Assembly: GCA_046757165.1 (NCBI GenBank)
Contig: JBHHXT010000161.1
Span: 1-11,097, forward strand
Origin: a bacterium
GTDB lineage: Bacteria > Zhuqueibacterota > Zhuqueibacteria > Oceanimicrobiales > Oceanimicrobiaceae
Length of the DNA stretch: 11,097 bases
Direction: 5' to 3'
Below the pieces are notes generated by a model that saw nothing but the letters and a program-made list of their open reading frames with translations, had not been told where the DNA came from and did no database searches. Every line of letters begins with the position of its first letter. Within the stretch, counting starts at the first letter, position 1. Position numbers and translations under genes: made by a program. This document shows positions 1 to 7,265 of the stretch, in pieces.

Positions 1-2
1 TC

Positions 3-647
3 TTCCTTTGTTGCATCGGCAGTTCCGTTCTGTTTTTCTCCTGCGCCTATCGCCAGTCCCCCCGCGGCTACTACAAACTTTCATCTGAGAAGATATCGCG
101 CAGCCCTATGCTCTCACACGTGGTGCGGGTCGATTCCCTGGACCTGGAGCTGCTGGAATGGGCGGTTTTTCACGAGACCAACTTGCAGCGACAGCGGCTC
201 GGACTCCTGCCGCTGAAATTCGAGCCCAGGCTGCAACAGGGAGCCAGACTCCATTCGAAAGAAATGATCGATTTGAACTACTTCGACCATACCTCGCCCG
301 TCAGCGAAAACGAGACCATCAAGCAGCGACTCACGAAGGCAGGTATCCGGCACGGCATGGGCGGCGAAAACATCGCTATCCATCCTGCACGCAAGAAGCA
401 GGACATCGTCTTCAAGCTGGTGGGTGCCTCTGAGCCCGGGCGGTATGGCTGGCGCAACCAGGGCAAGCAGTACACCTACGTGGAGTTCGCCCGGGATCTG
501 GTGCGCAGGTGGCTCAACAGCGCGCCCCACCGCCGCAATATCCTGAGCAACGACTTCAAGTTCCTGGGAGTGGGCGCCGTACCCTCCCGCTTCAGTGACA
601 GCGATGTGTTCTACGTGACGCAGAATTTCTCTTCAACCAATTTCTAA
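3..647 (+). CDS. CAP/SCP-domain (YkwD-like) protein, probable lipoprotein; 5' end lies outside the window
   Basis: CAP motifs 'ETNLQRQRLGLLPL', 'HSKEM..NYFDHTS', 'GENIA', 'WLNSAPHRRNIL', 'GVG', 'YVTQNF'. The frame is open from position 3 to the ATG at 108 and reads FLCCIGSSVLFFSCAYRQSPRGYYKLSSEKISRSP, containing a lipobox-like LFFSC (Cys at 42-44). Confidence 0.85.
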   Translation, partial: FLCCIGSSVLFFSCAYRQSPRGYYKLSSEKISRSPMLSHVVRVDSLDLELLEWAVFHETNLQRQRLGLLPLKFEPRLQQGARLHSKEMIDLNYFDHTSPVSENETIKQRLTKAGIRHGMGGENIAIHPARKKQDIVFKLVGASEPGRYGWRNQGKQYTYVEFARDLVRRWLNSAPHRRNILSNDFKFLGVGAVPSRFSDSDVFYVTQNFSSTNF

Positions 648-650
648 CTA

Positions 651-2039
651 CTAGAACGCACTGCTCAGGCGAAAATAGGGCGTCCACCCTTCTGCAGAGT
701 GCCCCACATCCAGCCGCAAAATCATGTTCTGGTTCCAGTTGAGCCACGTGCCGAAGCCGAAGGTTGCATGAAGTCCCCTGGCCGAGAGCTCTGAGAACCC
801 GTGCCACACCCGGCCTGTGTCCATAAAGGCCACCAGAATCAAATCAAAGGAATTGGACAGCACCCGAAGCCGGTGAGCGTTGAAACGGAGCTCCGTGAGC
901 GTGATCAGTTTGATCTTGTCCTGAAACCGCCGGCTCTTGAAGCCCCGCAGGGACTGGCTCCCGCCCACGGCCCTCGTCAGCCGCTGCCCCACGATCTCCC
1001 CAAACGCGTAGTAGGGGGCATCGCCGGTCACCGCCTCGAAAGCGATGCGATTGGCCAAAATCAGCCGGTCGGATTTGAGCCGCAGGAACCGCGCATCGGA
1101 GAACGTGAAGCGCTGAAACGCCACCTCTCTGGTGACTCGAGCAACGCCCTCAGGCCCCTCCACCTCGGCGTCGACCGTAGCGAAGTTGGGCTCCACGGAC
1201 ACCTCCGTGAGAAAACCTCTGTGCGGAAAGAGGTCGTCATTGCGCGTGTCCCAGGTGAGCCTGAAACTGAAAAACCTACCCGTGCCCCCCAGCACGCCGA
1301 AAGGCCGGTCCTGGCCGAGGTAAGAGGTCACGCGGCCACTCTTGAACTGTGGCCGGGCCTTTTCGATACCCATCCCGAACCAGAACAAGACCTCCGACAC
1401 GACCCGGCGCACACTGTAGATCGCCACCCGCGGGCGCAGGAAATTGTAAAGGTAGTAATCCTCATGGACGAACTCGTCACTCTCCTTGTCAACGAGCGCT
1501 CTATCCCGCCGGCTGTCGTTGCCCAGCCCATAGTAGTGCGCCCGCAGGTCCCGATACCACGCCGCCACCAGGCGCAGTCCGAACCCGGAACTGCCGATTT
1601 GCGGATAATCGAACAGCAGCTTGTGCTTGTGGCTCCCTTTCGAGGAGGGGAGAACCTGGATGCGGAGTTTGTACAGATAGGGCGTGGCCTGTCGCGAGTG
1701 CACCACGGTTCTCATACCGACATTCAGGCCGGTGCGAAAATCGTAGTAAACAATGGGCAGAACATTCACCGTGGCGGGCTGTCCGAAGAGGCGCGTCGGA
1801 TGGTCTGACAGGAGAGCGCTGGCCGTGCGTTGAACCGGCCCGCCTTGCTTTTGCCCATCGTTGTTCGGTTTGTCCTTTTCGCGCTCTTGCTCCTGGACAC
1901 TTCGTTTGCCACAGAGTTTCTCCGCAGCGGACGGAGCAGTGAGCGCAGGACTCAGCACCAGAAATGAGAAAAGGAAAATCAGCAGCGGTTGAAGACCGGC
2001 AGTAGCCGCACGTTTCAGGTGAACTGGACGCCCCTTCAA
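651..2039 (-). CDS. Omp85 / BamA-TamA family outer-membrane beta-barrel (surface antigen D15 domain), apparently without POTRA domains
   Basis: Signal-like 'LLIFLFSFLVLSPALTA', first-strand motif 'LPIVYYDFRTGLNVG', 'WDTRNDDLFPHRG', loop-6 motif 'LRGF', 'FMDTGRVW', C-terminal beta-signal 'YFRLSSAF'. Start placed at TTG 2039, 9 nt after GAGGAG; the ORF track uses TTG 2087. Confidence 0.85.
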   Translation of the reverse strand: MKGRPVHLKRAATAGLQPLLIFLFSFLVLSPALTAPSAAEKLCGKRSVQEQEREKDKPNNDGQKQGGPVQRTASALLSDHPTRLFGQPATVNVLPIVYYDFRTGLNVGMRTVVHSRQATPYLYKLRIQVLPSSKGSHKHKLLFDYPQIGSSGFGLRLVAAWYRDLRAHYYGLGNDSRRDRALVDKESDEFVHEDYYLYNFLRPRVAIYSVRRVVSEVLFWFGMGIEKARPQFKSGRVTSYLGQDRPFGVLGGTGRFFSFRLTWDTRNDDLFPHRGFLTEVSVEPNFATVDAEVEGPEGVARVTREVAFQRFTFSDARFLRLKSDRLILANRIAFEAVTGDAPYYAFGEIVGQRLTRAVGGSQSLRGFKSRRFQDKIKLITLTELRFNAHRLRVLSNSFDLILVAFMDTGRVWHGFSELSARGLHATFGFGTWLNWNQNMILRLDVGHSAEGWTPYFRLSSAF

Positions 2040-2224
2040 CGGTTCTTTCTCCTCGCAGGGAGGAAAATGTGATTTCAATCCTTGCAAGCGGCCCCGGTAT
2101 CTAAATCATTTTTCTAAGATAAGAGTACCTGACGAGTTCTTTTCTACCCCTTTTCGGCAGCTCTTTTTCGATCCGGCTCAGGTATCGCTCAAAAAAAGAC
2201 GGGTTGACCACCGAGAACACCAGG

Positions 2225-2569
2225 TCACGACCTATCACTCCGTTTCTGCAGCAGCGCTTCGTTTCCCAGAGGCAAGCTGCCGAAACTGGCGCAAAATCTG
2301 TCCATGTGGTTTTTGAAGCGCCCCAATGTGTCTTCAGGGGTTATCCAGCGTACCAGCAGATCTTCTTCATCCACCTCCAGGGCAGGCAAGATTTCGGCTC
2401 TAAACTTCTCCAGACCATAAGCCAGGTGCTCTGCGTAGCCGTAGTAAAACATGGCGCTTTTCCCGAGCGGATACTGCAGCAGGCCCACTTGCACCTTGAG
2501 TTGGAACAGCCCCGGTTCAGAAGGCGCGATTTCCATGTGCTCGAGAGAAACCCAGTCCGTGAAACGCAT
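2225..2569 (-). CDS. Small stand-alone GIY-YIG-like protein with degenerate catalytic residues
   Basis: 'APSEPGLFQL...MFYYGYAEHL' aligns by eye with the GIY-YIG pattern P-x-x-P-G-V-Y...Y-V-G-K-A-x-x-L, and 'FGSLPLGN' matches the terminal P-x-x-N motif. The ORF fills the gap between co-oriented genes. Confidence 0.65.
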   Translation of the reverse strand: MRFTDWVSLEHMEIAPSEPGLFQLKVQVGLLQYPLGKSAMFYYGYAEHLAYGLEKFRAEILPALEVDEEDLLVRWITPEDTLGRFKNHMDRFCASFGSLPLGNEALLQKRSDRS

Positions 2570-2607
2570 GTGATGACACTCGTTGAAAAATGTGATAGAT
2601 AGCTCTC

Positions 2608-2636
2608 ACTCTACAATACAACTCTTGCGGTATAAA
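2608..2636 (-). promoter_or_regulatory. Possible sigma70-type promoter for the GIY-YIG-like gene
   Basis: Minus strand reads TTTATA-17 nt-TAGAGT, ending about 40 nt upstream of the ATG at 2569. Each box has two mismatches to consensus. Confidence 0.25.
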
Positions 2637-2691
2637 TGTTTGTTGGCAGATTCCTCAGCCTGAACAACGGGTTCGGAATGCAGAGACAATG

Positions 2692-2795
2692 GCCACCCAC
2701 AAGGGGTGGCGGCTACGAATGACGAATCAACATTTGGCCACGAATTGACACGAATTCACACGAATCAAAGGTAGCCATGCCCCCTTGTGGGGCAT
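2692..2795. repeat. Inverted pair of 25-bp GTAG-type REP-like elements
   Basis: Minus strand 2716-2692 is GTAGCC-GCCACCC-CTTGT-GGGTGGC; plus strand 2771-2795 is GTAGCC-ATGCCCC-CTTGT-GGGGCAT. Same head and loop, with different but perfectly paired 7-bp stems. Confidence 0.8.
2739..2765 (+). repeat. CACGAAT x3 at an exact 10-bp period
   Basis: CACGAAT at 2739, 2749 and 2759; additional ACGAAT at 2715 and 2722. Confidence 0.85.
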
Positions 2796-2850
2796 ATATG
2801 TTATCGTTCCCGGCCACTCGCTAACTAAACCCGCTCCTGCCAGCTCCCTC

Positions 2851-5800
2851 CTATCTCAGCACGACCATCTTTTTCGTCGTCTCGAACGCCTGGGCCCGAA
2901 TCTGGTAGAAATACAAACCCGAGGGGACGAGCACACCATTGGCGCTGCGGCCATCCCAAACGACTTCGTACGAGCCAGCCGTGCGCGCCTCGTCCACCAG
3001 GATCCGGACCAATTGCCCGGCCAGGTTGTACACCGCCAGGTGCACAGGCACGGCTGCGCCAATCCGGGCGGGCAGGTCGAATCGAATGTGCGTCTCCGGG
3101 TTGAACGGATTGGGATAGTTCTGGTGCAACTGAAAGGAAATGGGCATCTCGGCCGGTGAGGCCACCTCATCCATCCCGCTGATGACGATGTTTGCCTCAC
3201 TCAGATCATCCGTCAACCCGGTAATCGCAAAATCTGTCAGCCCGACCGGACCGCGCTCGAGTTTGAAGTGCAGCTCGAACAGCTTGCCGGTCGCGGTTGC
3301 TGGCAGGGGCGTGTCATTGAAGCCGGCGACGATGACAACGCCGCTCTCCCCGGGCCGGGCGTCCAGCTCGCGCCAATCGGCTGTGAGAGCCTCGGCCCGG
3401 ACACCCAGAAATGTCACCTTGCTTTCCGGGTAACTCATCTCGACCCCGAAAGCGCGCACTCCTGCCGCCCGGTCAGCCGACAGCGCAATCGTCATCAGGT
3501 CGCCCCGGTGCGAAGGAGTCAGAGAGAGTTGCACGGGTTCGTCCCGGACAACCGGCGCGAGCGGCAGGAAGCAAGCCGCGGGCGTGTCGTCCTCCAGAAC
3601 GCGACGGAAAATTCCCAACGCGTCCATCGCTGTCACGACCGCATCGCAGTTGACATCTGCCGCAGCCACTTCGCATGGAAAGTCCCGAACGTCACACTCT
3701 GCCGGTACCTTCTGGCCATTGAGGTAAATGCGCAGCGCACAGAGCGCATCGTTTGCGCTCAGCACGCCGTCGCCGTTGACGTCACCGTCGTGCACACACT
3801 CGATGCACCCTGAAAGATCAGAACAGATGGTCAGATCAGCCCAGTACGCCCGGTCGAAGGATGGCGACTCGCCAGCGTCGGTGATGAACTCGAGATAGAT
3901 CGACCGGCCGGCAAAGCGGGTCAGGTCCACGGCCAAATCTTGCCACCTCGTGTCAGAGGTGGTCTCGCTGAACTGCACCTCACCGTTTATGGTGACAGAA
4001 AAAGTCACGCCCGAAGATTGTGCGCCATCTGCTATCCCGTACGTGCCGACCAGATGCAAGGAATCAACCTCTGGCAGGGTCAGAGTCTGATTGATAATGG
4101 TCAACCCATCTCCCGGAGGATGGGCGTTGATGGCGACTCTGCGCTCGCCGCCGGATTCCACGGCGTGGATTTCACCGGAGCCGAAAACGCTTTTACCCTG
4201 CAGGAACAACCCATCTTCAAACACGCCGAAGCGGCCCGCAAGTCGCGGCAGCAGCCGGAACGGCAACTCGATTGGCGTCTCGAGCGCTGCGAAATACAGG
4301 TTTGCTGGCAGCGTGCCTTCGATTCTGTGGACATTTGACGCCGGCGCGCTCACTTCCCCGCTGCCGCCAACCTCGGCAGCGAACGGGAGAAAAAGCTCAG
4401 CCGCGAACGGTGGCTGCAAGGTGGACCGCACCAGCACCTCCCCCCATCGCGCTTGATCAGAATTCGCGTTTTTGTCCCGCCCCGGCCCGTTGCCAAGCGT
4501 GAGGGTGATCTCCTGACCCTGCCACTCGGACAGATCCACGCTGAACTCGAGCCACTCGCTCATGTTCACGGACTCATCAAGAATCTCAGAGCCATCTACT
4601 TCCACAAAAAACGTCACGCCATCCGACTCATCCTGGGCCTCTTCAGCAAGCCCGGCGAAGAAGGTCAAGCGCGCTTCCTCAGCATCCGGAATGACAAGCT
4701 GATAGGAGATGAGCACGTCACCGGTGCCGCCGACAAACGGCGGATGAGTGGCGATGCCTTTGCGGGTGACGCCGCCTATCGTGATCTGCTCGGCCCGAAC
4801 AAATGCACCGCCGCCAAGCTCACGAATGCGTCCGCGCCTCCGAATCTTCAATTGTGCTTGCGGCAGGCGATCGACCAGGTCGATGGTGGTATTGGCGCCG
4901 GAGTGGCTGAACACAAAGCGCCCGCCTTCGCCATCCAGGCTGGTTAAGGCAATCACCCCCTCCTCGGAGAGCGCCTGCACATGCGGAACCGTCAGATCTC
5001 TTGCCGTGCTCGAGAGTTGATAGGTGCTCGCCGGGTCGAGTCCGATGAGCTCGTCCTCATCATACCCAAACCAGCCATCGATGGAGCGCACCGTTTGGAC
5101 TCGAGTCACACCTGAGACACGGTTGAAGACCGTGTCGCCTTCGACAACAAAGAAGGTGCCGAAGGGTGTGCGCCGATACTCTGCCACCTCGCCCCGGCGA
5201 CCTTTGAGGCGAAAGAGTGTGTTCTCATCCCAGTCACTTTCGAAATCCGGCTTCAGCCCCAACCGGCCCCAGACCTCAGCAATGCGGATGATCTCGTGCG
5301 TGCGTCGCCCCAGCAGGTCGTCACCCGTGCTGATGTCAAGCGTCGGCAGCACGCCCCAGCTTTCGTAGCTGCGCATGAAATCGGCAAAAAGCTCCGGGTC
5401 CTGGTCGGGATTGACAAAGCCAAGAAAGCCGACCGGGATCGCATGCCCGGCAAAAAGAAAACTCGCCACCGGGTGCGGTCGCCACTTGTTCGTGTCGGTC
5501 TTCCAGCGCGACCCGAATGAATCGCGGTAAAAATTGACCTCGGTCAGATTCTCCCCGCCCCACACCATGTGCGGGAAGGTCTCGACCAGACGGCGGTGGA
5601 ACGTCCGGTTGCCCTGCCCCGGGGTTTCGTCCGCGATCATCCCGTTGTCAGAATTCCAGGCCGCGTAGTCGACATCGAGCTGAATGGCGTCTATGGCAAG
5701 CGTGTTGACGATGGTCCCCACCCGCTGCAAAAACAACTCCTGTAGCTCTGCCGACCCCGGGTTGAACCAGGCATGGCGCTCAGGCGCCCCGGTACCCAGC

Positions 5801-6957
5801 AGCCAGCCGAGAATTTCTCCGGTGAATGGATTGGTAAAATGAACGTCTGTGAAGTTGTCGAATTCAGGATTGTAGGGGGCAATCCCGTACGGGTTGGTGT
5901 GCAGCATCACGCGGAACCCGAGCTTTTTGGCGTGTGCCACAAACCCGACCGCCTCGGGCGCGGGTGTATAATCCGGGTAGTTGATATCAAAGCCATGAGC
6001 GCGCCAATCGGGCACGTAGATGAGCACCTGCTGCGGCGGCAGCCAGCTCGCCAGAGAATCGAGCGTGGCGGTGACCTCTGCTGAGCGATGGATGACCAAA
6101 CACGCAATCGAATCCACCCACGCTGGCCGCGCGCCGTTTTCGAGCGGGTCGAAGTGCTGTTCCATCCACTCGCGATACACCTGCGCCGGGCGCCGCCAAT
6201 CGCCAGAATAGGCGCTCAAACGGATCCTGGGGGTGGCAATTCTGCGCCGCTCGGAAAAATCGCCAAGATGATGACTCTCGAAGGACAGACTGACCCTCGC
6301 ACCGTCTTTCATCACCATGACGTTCTTCGGAGCAAAGCGCTCATCTTCGATCCAGATGCCGAGCGCACCGACGTGACCGTCAAAAATGGCGAGCTGCGCC
6401 TGCCAGTCCACCGCATAGTCACACGTCTCTGCCACAAAACTGGCGCTCTCGTCGATGGCGACCCCACCCTCCACCGGCAGGATGAGCTTGCCGGCAGTCA
6501 GGTCGAAGCTCGAGACGCCAACCCGCGCGCCATAGACACCCCGCCGGCGATGCCCTCCTCTTTGCCACAGCAAGATAGTGCCGCTCTCCCGGTCCGCCGC
6601 AGCATAGGTGGTGATCGAATCCCGCCGGGAATTGGAGAAATACAAGGCGAAACTCACCGTGTCCTGGTTCACTCGCTGTCGAAATCGCCGCCCCTGCTCC
6701 AGCAGCAACGTTTCACCGCCGGTGTGCAACAAGCCGACACTTCTCCCGACTTGCCGTGGCACAACGTAGGACTCGCCCGTGAGCAGATTCTCGATCCCGA
6801 CCACCGCGCCCAACTTCAGGGTCACCCGCAACCTCTCGGTCTCGAGCACCGCCGTGCTGTCCTCGGCAACCGGACTGGCCATTAAGGAAAAAGCAGAAAG
6901 AAAACTCCCGAACAAGAATGCCGCGATGGCGGCCCGCCTCCTTGTGGTTTCTCGCAT
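2851..6957 (-). CDS. Secreted modular glycoside-hydrolase-like protein: DUF6259-like catalytic region, two NPCBM/NEW2-like modules, type I dockerin, cohesin, FlgD-Ig/T9SS-like C-terminal domain
   Basis: GAGGGG RBS before ATG 6957 and a signal peptide. TIM-barrel-like motifs 'YPDYTP', 'AHAKKLGFRVMLHTN', 'DAIQLD', 'GGE'. Two related modules 'GIATHPP...SDGVTFFVEVDG...VDLSEWQGQEITL...ARWGE' and 'AINAHPP...SSGVTFSVTING...VDLTRFAGRSIYL...AYWAD'. Dockerin repeats 'GDVNGDGVLSANDA' and 'ADVNCDAVVTAMDA'. Cohesin-like 'GVRAFGVEMSYPESKVTF...GKLFELHF'. Tail 'LHQNYPNPFNPETHIRF...WDGRSANG..VPSGLYFY'. Confidence 0.85.
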   Translation of the reverse strand: MRETTRRRAAIAAFLFGSFLSAFSLMASPVAEDSTAVLETERLRVTLKLGAVVGIENLLTGESYVVPRQVGRSVGLLHTGGETLLLEQGRRFRQRVNQDTVSFALYFSNSRRDSITTYAAADRESGTILLWQRGGHRRRGVYGARVGVSSFDLTAGKLILPVEGGVAIDESASFVAETCDYAVDWQAQLAIFDGHVGALGIWIEDERFAPKNVMVMKDGARVSLSFESHHLGDFSERRRIATPRIRLSAYSGDWRRPAQVYREWMEQHFDPLENGARPAWVDSIACLVIHRSAEVTATLDSLASWLPPQQVLIYVPDWRAHGFDINYPDYTPAPEAVGFVAHAKKLGFRVMLHTNPYGIAPYNPEFDNFTDVHFTNPFTGEILGWLLGTGAPERHAWFNPGSAELQELFLQRVGTIVNTLAIDAIQLDVDYAAWNSDNGMIADETPGQGNRTFHRRLVETFPHMVWGGENLTEVNFYRDSFGSRWKTDTNKWRPHPVASFLFAGHAIPVGFLGFVNPDQDPELFADFMRSYESWGVLPTLDISTGDDLLGRRTHEIIRIAEVWGRLGLKPDFESDWDENTLFRLKGRRGEVAEYRRTPFGTFFVVEGDTVFNRVSGVTRVQTVRSIDGWFGYDEDELIGLDPASTYQLSSTARDLTVPHVQALSEEGVIALTSLDGEGGRFVFSHSGANTTIDLVDRLPQAQLKIRRRGRIRELGGGAFVRAEQITIGGVTRKGIATHPPFVGGTGDVLISYQLVIPDAEEARLTFFAGLAEEAQDESDGVTFFVEVDGSEILDESVNMSEWLEFSVDLSEWQGQEITLTLGNGPGRDKNANSDQARWGEVLVRSTLQPPFAAELFLPFAAEVGGSGEVSAPASNVHRIEGTLPANLYFAALETPIELPFRLLPRLAGRFGVFEDGLFLQGKSVFGSGEIHAVESGGERRVAINAHPPGDGLTIINQTLTLPEVDSLHLVGTYGIADGAQSSGVTFSVTINGEVQFSETTSDTRWQDLAVDLTRFAGRSIYLEFITDAGESPSFDRAYWADLTICSDLSGCIECVHDGDVNGDGVLSANDALCALRIYLNGQKVPAECDVRDFPCEVAAADVNCDAVVTAMDALGIFRRVLEDDTPAACFLPLAPVVRDEPVQLSLTPSHRGDLMTIALSADRAAGVRAFGVEMSYPESKVTFLGVRAEALTADWRELDARPGESGVVIVAGFNDTPLPATATGKLFELHFKLERGPVGLTDFAITGLTDDLSEANIVISGMDEVASPAEMPISFQLHQNYPNPFNPETHIRFDLPARIGAAVPVHLAVYNLAGQLVRILVDEARTAGSYEVVWDGRSANGVLVPSGLYFYQIRAQAFETTKKMVVLR

Positions 6958-7001
6958 AAGACCCCTCAGTTTCGTGGTTGTGCAGAATAGGATGTGGCCA
7001 T

Positions 7002-7042
7002 GAGCCAGTTCAGTCGTGGCCGGTTAACGACTGGAGCCAGTT
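7002..7042. repeat. 23-bp element with 7-bp terminal inverted repeats flanked by 9-bp direct repeats (possible transposon scar)
   Basis: GAGCCAGTT (7002-7010), CAGTCGT-ggccggtta-ACGACTG (7011-7033), GAGCCAGTT (7034-7042). Confidence 0.55.
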
Positions 7043-7043
7043 G

Positions 7044-7073
7044 AATGTTCAGGGGAACATTAGGTAACCTAAT
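7044..7073. promoter_or_regulatory. Two overlapping palindromes, candidate operators in the divergent promoter region
   Basis: AATGTTC-aggg-GAACATT (7044-7061) and ATTAGGT-a-ACCTAAT (7059-7073). Confidence 0.45.
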
Positions 7074-7195
7074 CGCATCTCTGCCGCTTTGCAAAAAAAA
7101 AAGGTACAATTCTGCCAGATTTGTTTCAACCCCCAACTTCAGCGCCTGGTTTGCTTTGCTGGTATACCAAGCTGTGCAACAAAACAAAAGCTAAA

Positions 7196-7231
7196 CGCAA
7201 AGTTCGCAAAGTTTACGCACGGAGCGCCAAG
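7196..7231 (+). repeat. Degenerate CGCAAAG tandem repeat, 4 units
   Basis: CGCAAAG (7196), CGCAAAG (7205), CGCACGG (7216), CGCCAAG (7225); periods 9, 11 and 9 bp. Confidence 0.6.
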
Positions 7232-7265
7232 AAAAAAACTAAAGAAAGCGTGACCAGGTTAGCTT

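Noticed and set aside
2662..2674. GAAC-AACGG-GTTC upstream of the GIY-YIG-like gene as a Gram-positive-type LexA box
   Set aside because: The spacer is 5 nt, whereas that box is GAAC-N4-GTTC.
2715..2765. Short repeats considered as a CRISPR array
   Set aside because: Units are 6-7 bp with mostly 1-3 bp between them, far from CRISPR repeat and spacer sizes, and there are no cas genes.
801..6885. Long plus-strand ORFs (801-1808, 1349-1942, 2204-2602, 3268-3813, 4453-4947, 6088-6885 and others)
   Set aside because: They are antisense shadows of well-supported minus-strand genes in GC-rich DNA and show no recognisable motifs.
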